In this document: positions 1 through 11,781 of the stretch, one piece after another
How the letters are laid out: the number at the start of each line of letters is the position of its first letter
Position numbering within the stretch: the stretch's first letter is position 1
NCBI GenBank assembly: GCA_964188305.1
Contig: OZ076895.1
Length of the DNA stretch: 64,000 nt
Origin: Podarcis bocagei
Taxonomy: Eukaryota
Direction: 5' to 3' (one strand)
Made by a program: the position numbers and the translations under genes
Notes under the pieces: generated by a model
Databases searched by the model: none
What the model saw: the letters and a program-made list of their open reading frames with translations, nothing else
What the model was told of the DNA's origin: nothing

Positions 1-1424
1 TTACCAAGCCCCCCTCCACCTCTTTCCCCCTTTTCTTCCTAATGTAGCACTAATGTCTCAACAAATGAAACTGATCTGTAGTAAATGTAACTTGAAAAAA
101 AGACATTGCACATACTTTTGTAAACCAAGAAATCTTTAATAGAATTATGTTAGAAAACAAACAAACAATGGAAATGGAAGGTGGCCTCAAGATTGTTTAA
201 TTTTATTTCTTTTTCAAAAAAAAGGTGCCTGTACAGTAAAGAGATGCCTTGGATGCCATAAGTATATCATTATTAAATAACTGCATAATGCAAGAGCAAG
301 AACAAATATTTACACAGGAGTAGCCTCTATGAACACTCCATTGAAAATCATGGGGTTTACTTCTGAGTAGACATGTATAGGATTGCACTGTCAGGTAAAT
401 TGAAAGGATTCATATTTATTCTCCCTCTTCTGCACCTGCCCCTCAAGGACAGTATATCTCTCTTGTTTTGGTCTCATATGTCAGTGTTTGCAACAATCCT
501 GGAGGACATGCCGGGAAAAGGAAGAATTTGATGCCTTAGTCAGCATCCATGCTCAAAAAAGTTCATTTAATCACAATTCTTTTTTCTAAGACAAGTACTA
601 ATTTGATGTATTTCCCTACCCCCAGCCAAATGGCTGCAAAGGTCCAGTTTGTCCACAGAGCTAATGAGCTTTGTATAGATTGGTTTCTTCTGTGATCAAA
701 GTTAAGGTAGAACTGGGAAATAATTGACTGTTGAGCGGACCAAGTGTGTGTTAAGAAGAGGCCAGTAGTAATATAATTGTGCTACTTTTTCTCCCTAAGA
801 GAGAGTAACACAAGGGTACCATGAAGGAAAGGAGGCCATAGTGACCGTTTCTGGGCATAGATGGTCTGACCACAGTCATTCATGCTCTGTGCTGACTGTT
901 CCTCGGTGACTTTTGCCTAGGCTAGCCACTCACTAGCTTGCCTACCTCCCTACCTCCCTGCCTGCCTGCTGTTCTGTCATCATGCTGCAACATGACAACA
1001 TCATTACATTTTTAGTATATAGCAAGACAAAGAACTCAAGGTGTCTCCTTCCCATTTTTCCCTCCCAATAGTGACTGATTCAAAGTCATCCAGTGAGCAT
1101 CATCAATTTATGTAGTGTTTATCAATGTTCAAGACAGCAGAAACTTGACCTGAGAGGCTTATGAACCTGATAAAAAGACAAATTTGGAAGAGGGAAGAAA
1201 TATTGATGGGGTAAAGAGGGGCAGACACACAATACATTTAGTTCCATTATACATACCTCATTTTGTGGACTGGGAGTCAGGGAACTTGTGGGTTTTTGTC
1301 AGCTTGATAACTGTGTGTTGCGATTGGGGGGGGGGAGATGTCATTTTAGGTTTTTGGACTCCCGTTTTAAGACCAGAATGCTTAGGTTCCTAGTATGGCT
1401 TGCAGCTAAGCTGGGAAATGGTCT

Positions 1425-1663
1425 GATGATGATGATGATGATTAACAACAATAATTTTATTGTTTATATCCCACCCATCAGGCTGCGTTTCCCCAGTCAG
1501 TCTGGTCAGCTTCCAGCAAAATATAAAAAAATAAAAAAATGTTAGACATTAAAAGCTTCCCTGAACAGGGCTACCTTCAGATGTTTTCTAAAAGTTGTGT
1601 AATTCTTTATCTCCCTGATGGGAGGGCATTCCACAGGGAGGGCGCCATTGCCAAGAAGGCTCT
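1425..1663 (-). mobile_element. L2-clade LINE 3' fragment
   Basis: Reverse complement matches the L2 3' end at 57265-57626 (gaagacatctgaaggcagccctgtttagggaagctttt) and 7284-7710; simple-repeat tail at 1425-1441. Confidence 0.8.
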
Positions 1664-2559
1664 TTCCACTGAACTGTTATATTTGTCTGTCTTTAGAGAA
1701 AGCAGTGAAGGCTTCCAGCTGAGTCCATGACTTGAAGGAAGCCAAAAGAACTGTTTCCTTAAGGAGCTGGCATCTGGGTCTGTGCAGCAGTCGCAAGTGA
1801 AGAGCTATCTATGCATGCATATTTGATAAGTGAGAGCAATGTGGGAATGATAGCAACATCCTCGCAATTGACTATGCTAGGTAAGAACAAGACGTGCTAA
1901 GAATTCAGGGATGGCAATTAAATATATGCAAAGAAAGCTAAAATTTTATTTTGGATCATGAGTCATTGAAGATTTTTAAAAGCCTGTGCTTCTGTTCTTG
2001 CAAGACACAACTTGCTCTTTCTAATTGCTGCAGCACCTTCAATGGCTACTGATCCCTCCCAGAGCTCCCAGAATCAGCGAAACGTGATGGAAGTAAAGCT
2101 GCAATGATTTGAGTGCATAATTTATGTTTTTTAAAAAATAAAATAAAATCTGCATTAAAAGTTCCAATCTATGAAGTCTAACTCAATGAAATATTCAAGA
2201 GACAATAAATACATTTTCAGGTATAAGATGGCTCTGGCACTGCAATAGCTCCTTGGACGTCAAGCCAGAGAGTTCCCAGTCGTGTTGGTGACTCTCTGCC
2301 AAATGACTAACGTACTGTAAGACATGTCTTGCACCAGCTGCCGGGTAACTAGAACTGCTGAGCTCTGACAGCTTGTTTGCACATTTGTATAATATGCTGG
2401 GAAGAGGTGGCGATGCTCCTTTGGGAACCTCTTTATTAAATAATGTGCTTCTGCCCTCTGCATGCCTGGTATTCGTTGAGTAATTCAAATTTTTTGTTTC
2501 TTAAAAAGGACTGCACAGCAGACCCATTCACTACAATACACAATCCCAATGTGTTACAC

Positions 2560-2800
2560 TGGGCTGATGAGCATTTTTTCCAGACTGAAGGCCACCTTCC
2601 TTTCTGGACAGCCTTCTGGGGGCCAAATGCTAGTGACCCAGAGGCAAATGGACGTGGAGTGATGAATGTAATTTTTACCTTTGTATAGGTGGCTAATTTC
2701 AACACACATACTCACACAGTCCTCTGTCCTCCATTCAGGAAAGCAAGAGGCATCACCAGAGTTCAAGGACACATTCCAGCCAAGCAAAAATACTCAAGGA
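2560..2800. mobile_element. Non-autonomous DNA-transposon-like repeat fragment (related to 52831-53520 and ~56200-56530)
   Basis: Internal sequence (tttacctttgta...gttcaaggacacattccagccaagcaaaa) recurs inverted at ~53270-53400 and direct at ~56280-56390. Confidence 0.5.
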
Positions 2801-3415
2801 GGGCATAGGCTCTGGTTCAACTAGCTCCCTGCCATGCAGGTAGCGCTGACCCAGGGTTCCAGCACAGGTCAGCCAAGGGTGAACACCTGGGTAAGCGGAA
2901 AGCCGGGAATGGGCTAACTCCACCCCCAAATGTCTCCCTAGACTCAGGCACAGGCACAACCCCCTATCGGGGTCGACCAAACCATCGAGTCCCTAGATTC
3001 CTTTAACGGAATACCCTTCACATAGGGAAGGCGAGAGTGTTCTCCCATCCCTATCATCTTAACCAGAGCCTATCCGCAACCTTACAAGTTGTGATGATTT
3101 GCTACGCGGCAGGTGAAACCCAAATGGCAACAGCCAATCAGCCAACTGGGGAAAATTCCTGCCGTGCCCCTGTCCCAACAACAGACGACACACGATGGCA
3201 TAGCAAGGTCAAGCGCAACAAGCCCTAAAAGTAGGGAGAGGTGGGCAGGTGTTCCAAATGCACACACCAAAAGAGGAAGCTCTGGATCACAAGCATGGGG
3301 ATAAATAGGTCCCTCGAACCGTTTAGACTGTGTCCCATTGGCCAGATTGCACCTAGCTTTGAGGGACCTACCAATCGGGTGTTGTGGCTGACCAGTGTAC
3401 CCACCCACAACACAG
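2800..3415 (-). mobile_element. Structured non-coding repeat, probably DIRS/Ngaro-type terminal repeat (copy A)
   Basis: Shares core cctatcc..accttaca.agttgtga..ttgctacg..cccaaatggcaa..gccaat.agccaa..tagcaaggtc and terminal cccacccac with 51060-51740; many hairpins; family assignment is from recall only. Confidence 0.55.
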
Positions 3416-4784
3416 GGTGTCAGTTGTTCAGGTTTCACTGCAATACATGCCCTCTTTAAGGGAGGACCCGATTTGCATCAATGTAAATCCTAGCTCAGTG
3501 ACACACCAGTGCAAGGGCCATGGGATCATCTTGAAAGTTAGGTATCTATTGATGCTGCCTCATCAAACTTGTGCTGTCAAAATGTTACCTCTCAAGCATT
3601 GGGTTTCTCTTGATTTCACCAAGATGGCTTGTTAAGCACTGCTCCGTTTGTGTTTGCGTGTGGGTGTAACACTCCTCAAGAAAGCAATAAATAAATAAAT
3701 CTGTTTCCATGGATGAAAAATTTGGCCTTGAGGATGTTGAGAGTGTGCTCTCCATGTCTTTGAGGGAGAAGGTCAAAGGATAGCTAAATTACAAGAAAGT
3801 AGGTCTGATCCTCGCCTTCATATTCTCTCCCAAACGTTGAGCAGTTCATAACCACAACTATTGCAATCAGAAGTAAAAGCAGGGCCCCACTGTCTGTGGA
3901 AAGAGAAAACTTCAATCTTTACAACCATTCTAATATACCAATATGATTATACTATGATCATATGAGAGGGACTTCAGACCAGCTGTTTTGCATAGGTTGC
4001 AGAAAAAGGGACACGGTGTGAGATAGGCTCAAGGCACAAAAACAAGAATAATTCAAGGATTATAACTATAACTATAAACAATGATTATAACCTTAAACTT
4101 CCCAGAGTGAGTCATAGAAAGTGCCAGAATGTTCTTAAGCACTAACTTAGTTGTTCACTTGTCAAAATGTTACAGGAACTGGTCTGTAGTATTTGGAAGG
4201 GGCTGGAGAGCACAGTTACATTAAATACACAAAACGCTGACAGAGAAGTCGATCTTGGGATGAACGAGTTTTTCTGATCGCCAGCTCTTTGTCTCTTTTT
4301 GCACAATGCTCTTACTCGCAATGGGACTTACGCTCAAGTAAGCGTGGATAGGATTTCCATCTAAGTGACACAACCAGAGCTCTCTGCAAAGATTTCCCAT
4401 AGTTCATTACTTCCACGAGCCTTATAGCAGCAAACCATAAGGGAATGACACCTTTAAGATACAAAGAGTGTATTGCCTTTGTGCACAGCTATATGAGAGG
4501 GGGGATATATACATTTCAACACAAAACTCTGCCTTAATGTAACGCAGTAGGCTACTCAGCAAAATATGGAATGTAAAAATCATCCGTCATCCTGTGGTAA
4601 ATGCTCTAATGTACTTGAATCCAGCAGTAGCTGCAGGACTCCCATCAGCAACTTCCCATTTACATTGTTGTTGTTGCTGTTGCTGCTGCTGCTGCTGTGT
4701 TATTATGGGAGAGTTGTGAGTGTCAATTTCAGAGACAGGTGTATGCGATAAACAGAATCTCAGAGCCAGTGTTCTTGATTGAGA

Positions 4785-5054
4785 AGATGAGGAAAGAGCA
4801 AAGAATATAATCTAGATTCCAATCAAATCAGAAACTAAGGAAAGAATGGGAATGTGTGGAAAAATACGTGGCAAAACATTGTTCCAAAATTAAATTATTG
4901 ATATGCATTGGGGGAAGTTCGTGAAGTTAAGGATGTATTATGGAAAGATGGAAAGTGGGGAATACGTAAAGTATATTTACAACACAATATAAAAGTAATG
5001 AATAACAAAAGAAACCAAGCATTGGTACAGGGAAGCCACAAAGGTAAAAATAAG

Positions 5055-5057
<3 letters not shown>
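4785..5057 (+). mobile_element. Degraded L1-like LINE 3' fragment
   Basis: A-rich, reads ..RKEWECVEKYVAKHC.., resembling the ORF2 C-termini at 11259-11330 and 45600-45670; followed by microsatellite. Confidence 0.4.
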
Positions 5058-5104
<47 letters not shown>

Positions 5105-5163
5105 TATAGATAGATAGATGATAGATAGATAGATAGATAGATAGACAGCTATAGATAGATGAT
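5058..5163. repeat. (TA)n followed by (GATA)n microsatellite
   Basis: Direct reading. Confidence 0.97.
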
Positions 5164-6501
5164 AGAACAAACATGCGACTTTGATGATTCTAAAGAGCAA
5201 AAAGGGAGGATATATCAGAGACAAAAAAGGAAGGACATCTTCCCTGGGAGATAGGGATATTAGATTTAATGGAGCTCTTTTTTAACACAAAAAAGTGAGG
5301 GAAATTTGTGGGGAAGCAGCAGCTGTGGGGATTGTTAATGATGAGTTATAGTAAATCTTTCTTGTGAACTCAGCCCCTGAGCCTTTTTTCTGCAACTCTG
5401 CATGGGATCAGATCTAGAATATCAAACATTTCCTGTCTGGTTGCCAGTTATGACTAAATAATAAACTACATTTCCTTCCATGCAGCCCAAGGGAATTGCT
5501 GAATGGGGTAAATTGTTGATTATGTGAGGGAAGATGGTTTTGGAGGACAGTATCCAGAATACTGAGGACAATGACATGCTTCCTGCATCTCTGATGTACT
5601 AAAAGAGAAATAAAGACTGTGTTGAAGATGGTTCTCTTCCTGACTTTGGTCATTTTAGAATCCCCCCCCCCCATGAATATAATGCTCTCTGCATTAGGTT
5701 GCTATTGGCACAATATTCCTGCCCCTTAAGATTTCAAAGGTAGAATGAGAGGAACCAAAATTATAAAGCAGCCAAAGCTCTTTCCCTGTGAGGAAAGGCT
5801 ATGATACCACTTTAAGAGACATGGCTTTGCCTAAATAATCCTTCCTGGGAGCTGCAGTTTGTTTAGGATGCTGACAGTTGTTAGGAGACCTCTAGTCCCC
5901 TCACAGAGCTGCAATTCACAGATTTCCTTGGAAAGAGAAATTGGTTGTCAAGCCACACCAGGAATCGTAGCACAATGTGAGGAACAGGGATCTCCTAACA
6001 GCTCTCAGTACCCTCAACAACCTCAGGATACTCAGCTTGGTATGGAGTTTTGATTCATGTACACATCTGGGCAAGTGATGTCACCTAATAGAACACAATT
6101 TTGTATGTTGTTAACTTTTTGCACACTTTCCCCTAAAATATGCATTTTTGTAAACATTGGTTGGGGAATTGCATCACAAAATTCAACAGAAAGCAAATTT
6201 TGAAGGATGGCTGTGTTTTGGTCCTCCTATTGCTTTGGAAGGAGTGAATTTGATAAAGTCATTTTTTAATCCAAAACTGTATCAAATTTCTCCCCCATCC
6301 CTAAATACAGGTCCTATTGGAGTCCAATAGCATCCAATAAGGGCCATAGGTTCCTTAACACAATTTATGGATTTTATTAGAAGACTGAGGGAGGGACTCT
6401 AAGTCAGAGGGAGGCGTCTTAATTTACCTTTTTGAGAGGGTAACATGCTACAGGTAACAACAAGCATACTTTTGATGTTTAAGGATTGTGTCTGATAATG
6501 A

Positions 6502-6639
6502 TTCCAGTCAGTAGAGCATGAGACGTAATCTCAAGGTTGTGATTTTGAGCCCCACATTAGACAAAAGATTCCTGCATCACACGGGGTTCAACTAGGTGAC
6601 CCTCATGGTCCCTTCCAACTCTACAATTCTATTATTCTA
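6502..6639 (+). mobile_element. SINE with tRNA-Lys(CTT)-derived head and CR1-derived tail
   Basis: cagtcagtagagcatgagac..aatctcaaggttgtg..tgagccccacattag resembles tRNA-Lys-CTT; tail ggtcccttccaactctacaattcta shared with the CR1 end at 37468-37600. Confidence 0.8.
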
Positions 6640-7283
6640 AATATTAGTGAAAGAAAGACTTCAGTTGCTTGCCTTGCTTCTGAACATTCCCAAGCACAAT
6701 AAAAAGGCAATGGAAATATTGCATTTCTTTTTAATACTATCACATTTCCAGCATGCAGGACTACTAAAATACTCATTAGATAGGGCTCATTTTCTACAAG
6801 CTAGTTTCACAACCCAAGCATCTCAAAGTAGTTTATGAAGCAATGTGCTATATGATTCACAATAAATGGCTGTGTGTGTGTGAAATTAGCTACTTAGTGT
6901 TCAAGTATTCACAGCCTTTAGTGAGAAAGGAAAGCTAGCCGGTACATAGTAAGATTTATAACAAGGTGGTGTAGGCCTTCAACTGTTTTCCGAGAGATGC
7001 TCTATAGACACATCATCAGCTTGGAGAAGTGTGCTATATTCACTCCTGCTGTCTGCTGGCAGCACATGGTGGATTGGATTGCTTGGCTTTTTATATTATT
7101 CTGTGTCATGCTGTTCTGTGGTGTTTCCTTCTGCACTCCCCTTTATGCCTTCTGAGCCTGTGCATTTGTAGATACAATGGATTATCACACAGACACCATA
7201 CATTTGCAGGGCTGTCTCTCAGACAGTGTTTGTACCCACCACTTGAGACAGGTATGGCTTGCCTGGTGGGACAGAGCTTCAGC

Positions 7284-7710
7284 AATAATATAATAATAAT
7301 TTATTATTTGTACCCTGTCCATCTGGCTGGGTTTCCCCAGCCACTCTGGGCGGCTTCCAACAAAGATTAAAAATACATTAAAATGTCACACTTTAAAAAC
7401 TTTCCTAAACAGGGCTGCCTTCAGATGTCTTCTAAATGTCAGGTAGTTGTTTATCTCTTTGACATCTGATGGGAGGGCGTTTCACAGGGTGGGCACCACT
7501 ACCAAGAAGGCCCTCTGCCTGGCTCCCTGTAGCTTTGCTTCTCGCACTGAGGGAACCGCCAGAAGGCCCTCGGAGCTGGACCTCAGTGTCCAGGCAGAAC
7601 AATGGGGATTGCAGATGCTCCTTCAGGTATACTGGGCCAAGGCCGTTTAGGGCTTTAAAGGTCAGCACCAATTCTTTGAATTGTGCTTGGAAACATACTG
7701 GGAGCCAATA
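7284..7710 (-). mobile_element. L2-clade LINE 3' fragment
   Basis: Minus strand encodes LVLTFKALNGLGPVYLKEHL and RAFLVVVPTLxNALP-type ORF2 C-terminal motifs; (AAT)n tail at 7284-7299. Confidence 0.9.
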
Positions 7711-7809
7711 GCCTCTCAACAGAAGCATCACTGCACACCAGCAGAGCCATTCTGGGAAATCCCTTCCATTCCTCAAGTCAAACTCCATAGGTCCTGCTTG
7801 AGGACTTCT

Positions 7810-7900
7810 AATAGGCATCTGGATGGCCACTGAGAGAATAGGATGCTGGAAATAGATGGACCTTTTGGTCTGAATCAGCAGAGCTCTTTACTATGTTCAT
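7810..7900 (+). mobile_element. CR1-type 3' end fragment
   Basis: ggcatctgg..ggccactgagagaataggatgctgga..agatgg; same family at ~15170-15285, 18021-18200, 24415-24505, 25560-25676, 60200-60380. Confidence 0.65.
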
Positions 7901-7983
7901 TGTACCCAAGGCTGACTAAGTTATGATGGCACCTGAGCAGCCATTATTGATCTCTACACATTTATGCTTTCAATAAGAAGAGG

Positions 7984-7986
7984 GTT

Positions 7987-8042
<56 letters not shown>

Positions 8043-8044
8043 TC
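7984..8044. repeat. (TTTC)n microsatellite
   Basis: Direct reading. Confidence 0.97.
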
Positions 8045-9382
8045 ACTTCTTTTATGGAATGAGTCCCAACAGCATTTTGTAAAAAATAAAAATAAAAAAT
8101 CACTGCTTTGCATCCAGCTATTGGCAAGAGTGCTCTGTGCCTGAATAAAAACACTTCTTTAAAATCCTCCATCCAGTGAACGAAGCTGTGTAGAGAGACC
8201 CCTTAGGATGTGGGCCAAACCCCAGCGCTATTTCAAACAGGTTTTTACAGGAGACCTTAATCAGCTAGCCATCTATCTGCTCTGCCACCGTGCTGTGCGT
8301 TCTGGATTAATGCACTTGATGAAGGAGATGGATCAGCTGCTCGAAAATGGCAGCTTTATTGGGTATCCGGTACCTCTAGGGAGCAGGAGCTGATTGGCTG
8401 AGAGAACGACATAATGTGTTTTCTCATTTGTCCTTCCTCAAGGTCACTGCCGGCTCGCAGCAGCTGTAAAGATCCTAGACCTCGCTAATTTACCGCAAAC
8501 CCCCATGTTCTCCACACATGACAGTTTTTGCTCTTCCCGTTGAAAGTTCTCTTGACTCCTGCCGAACTCTGCGGAGGGAAAGTGAGTGAAGGGGCCTCAT
8601 TATTTTAAATGGGGCTTGACAGAACCTAACAAAGAGCATAAAACAGAGCAATTTTCACAGGCAATAGCACCAAGGCAGTTAAAGCAAGGCTGAGAACTCA
8701 ATTACAGCCCATTACTGTCGGAGCTGTCTGTTTCTTTCCAGCACATGCTTAGTCTCTCTGGCCATTGCCTTTTGCATCGTGCAATCCGCATGGGCAAAGG
8801 TTGCTCACTATACTTCTATCTCTTTGGTTAATGCTATTCACCAGCTCTCAGGATTCCTCTAAATACTATTTGTGTGTAGTAGCCTTAAAAGGACTGGATT
8901 CACTGTTGCAAAAATCAGCCGAAAAGACAAGGCAGAGTTATGTTCCTAAGAGAGAAATTTCATCGCTCATCAAAAGGTAACATTGAGATTGATAAAGCTT
9001 CCTGAAGGAGGCAACTTGTGCTTCCTCTGTAGAGTTGCACAACTTGTGATTGCCCTTACAGTTTGGCTGCTACAATCCTGCTGAAGGAAACACCTTTCAT
9101 TAGATGCTGTCCAATATCATTAAAATTAAAATCTGGCCACATGAGGTACAGGTGGGTTCGCCATTATGAACCTGGTTAAAAAGTGGGGATGAGTGATGAT
9201 GAAGATGATTTCTCACCTGTCCTTCAACCTCAGATCCCAGCATTTAAAACTTTAAAAAACAAATTGCAATTGCAAGGAATGAGTGGGTCCTAAAATATGC
9301 CTCTCAGATGTCGACCATGAAGTCAGGCAGGCCTTGGGGATAATCTTACAGAGGTTAGTTGTATGTAGTCTATGACTATAGA

Positions 9383-9680
9383 CAGTGGTGGCTGCTGTCC
9401 ATTGGAACTAGTAGGGTGGAAGGCAGGGAGATGCTAGAGCAGTATAGGGGGTGTTAGAGCCAATAACAGATAGAGACAACTAATTCTAGATTTCTCCCCA
9501 TCTTCCTCCCAGCTGAGTTCTGTAAGAGCAGTATTGAGACCATGAGCAAGGAAGATGACAGGCAGCGCCACTCCATGGAGTCAGGTGGGGCGAAGGTAAG
9601 CAGGTGGAGACTGGCTGAGGACAGACTGAAGTTGGTGGGGCAGTGTCCTCTTTGCCTTTGTGGACTGGTCTCCCCTGATT
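9383..9680 (+). repeat. Unclassified interspersed repeat (copy 1; copy 2 at 14121-14400)
   Basis: Shared blocks cagtggt..tgtccattgg.act.gtagg, aactaattcta, ctgagtt, gacaggcag.gccac, gggcagtg. Confidence 0.6.
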
Positions 9681-10989
9681 ACAGAACTAGTTTAAATAGC
9701 AAAGTCTCTCTCTCTGTGTGTAGAGGTGGGACGAGAACGAAATAAATGAGTACTATTTAATACAGTTATTCAACACAGCACCACTCAAAGTTAATTGATG
9801 GGCGATAGAAGAGGAGTAAAAGACAGAGCCTGGTGTAGGAATAAATCCGTTTCCACCAATAATTCATTTCTTGAGAAGTGGTCATGTTAAGCTTTCCTAA
9901 GGCAGACATAACTTCCATCCTTGAATCTCTGTACTCTTCTTCTAGTTGCAAGGAGCTGGCAGGGAATATTTTTACTTTAATTTTATTTATGTACAAAATA
10001 TTTCTATAAAGCATATTAGAACCACAGGACTACAAAATGCAACGGATAATTCAAAGGACACTATTAATTCATTCATGACATTAAATACCGGTAAAGGTTT
10101 GTGTACACAGGTATTTCTTAAACAAGGGCCAGGATGTAATCACTGATGCTTGTTGGAGCGCCAACAGGAGGCAATTCCATTGAAAGGGGGCCACCACAGA
10201 CAAGGCCCTTCCCCTCATTGCTGCTAACTGTGATTGAGGCATAACCTGCTACTGAGCACTATGCTGAAACAGGGCATTAGAGATAGAGGTATGTCTGAAA
10301 CCACCCTGGTCTCAAAAGTTATTGAGGGCTTGACAGGTTATAACCAAAGCCTTCAGCTTGGTGTGATAGATTATTAGTGAGGCAAAGGCTCTTTGTGCAT
10401 GCTCAGAGTCACTCTTATTTCACAACTTCCAGAATAATACTCTAGCATGGTTCTGGAGACCTGAATTTTTAAAAATTGTTTCCTATCGTATGTTTCCTAT
10501 GAAACTTCCAATGCCTTACAAACTGTGGGAAATGCATGCATCTATAATATTCTACCACCTCACATAGTTTGCAGTTCAGCTGAGCTGACCCTGGCACAGG
10601 GCCCAAGAGGTGTGTATCACTGGCCTAATTATTCCTGATCATTCCATTCTGGGGTCAGCTGCAGTCTCAATCAAAATTTTAGCATAAATTGGAGCAGACT
10701 GAAAGGCTGCTCTAATTTACAGCCAGCTGCTCACAGCATTTGGCTCAAGCTGCAGGTGAGAATATCCAGAGTTATGGAACACTTTAGCCACACCCCCATT
10801 TGCACACATGGTGGGGGAGGTAGCAGAGGTGGCAGAGAGCCCATTGTGCACCATCTGGCGGGCTAAGAGAAAGTAGCTGAAACCAAATAGACCCTGTGAG
10901 TGCCAATTGTTTTACAAATGGGATTAACACACCACAGTTTATTAAAGGGCTTTTTGAGAAGATCAGTTCCTAGAGCAACAAAAGTTCTG

Positions 10990-11781
10990 TTTTTGTTTTT
11001 TTTTATAAAATTTTTATTGGTTTTACAAAATTTTAAACAACAAACAAACACTTAAAGGAACAAACATACATGTATAGTTTCATCACCTATTTTCATAAAC
11101 CTCTTTTCTCGGACTTCCCCATACCCCCCCTTCTGCATCCCAGTGTCCATATTTTTATAGCAACTCCCAACTGTTAGTCTCCACCTCTGTCATCTAAGTC
11201 CTCTCTGTATTCTGACCTTGTGTCACCGTATCCCTTTGTTTCTGAAAGCCAGAACACTTTAACATTCATTAAGGTTATAATAGTCTTTAAGATAGCTTTT
11301 AAATTTTCTCCACTCTTCTTCCACCGTCTCTATTCGTTGATCACGGATTCTGCCTGTCATCTCAGCCAATGTCATGTAGTCCATCACTTTCATCTGCCAT
11401 TCTTCCAGAGTGGGTAGATCTTGTGTTTTCCAATACTTCGCGATAAGTATTCTTGCTGCTGTGGTAGCATACATAAAGAACGTTCTATCCCTCTTTGACA
11501 CCAATTGGCCGACAATGCCCAGGAGAAAGGCCTCTGGTTTTTTGGGAAAAGTACATTTAAGTACCTTTTTCATTTCATTATAGATCATTTCCCAGAAGGC
11601 CTTAATCCTCGGGCATGTCCACCAAAGGTGGTAGAAGGTACCTTCAGTCTCTTTACATTTCCAACATTTGTTATCGGGCAAGTGATAAATTTTTGCCAGT
11701 TTGACTGGGGTCATGTACCACCTATATACCATTTTCATAATGTTTTCCTTTAAGGCATTACATGCCGTAAATTTGATACCG
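10990..11781 (-). mobile_element. 5'-truncated L1-clade LINE with TSD
   Basis: ORF 11259-11786 has CWKC..HLWWTCP zinc-knuckle ORF2 C-terminus; A-rich tail on minus strand; 13-bp TSD aacaaaagttctg at 10977-10989 and 11782-11794. Confidence 0.95.

Noticed and set aside
1-155. LINE 3' UTR at the window edge
   Set aside because: Suggestive composition only; truncated, with no ORF or TSD to confirm
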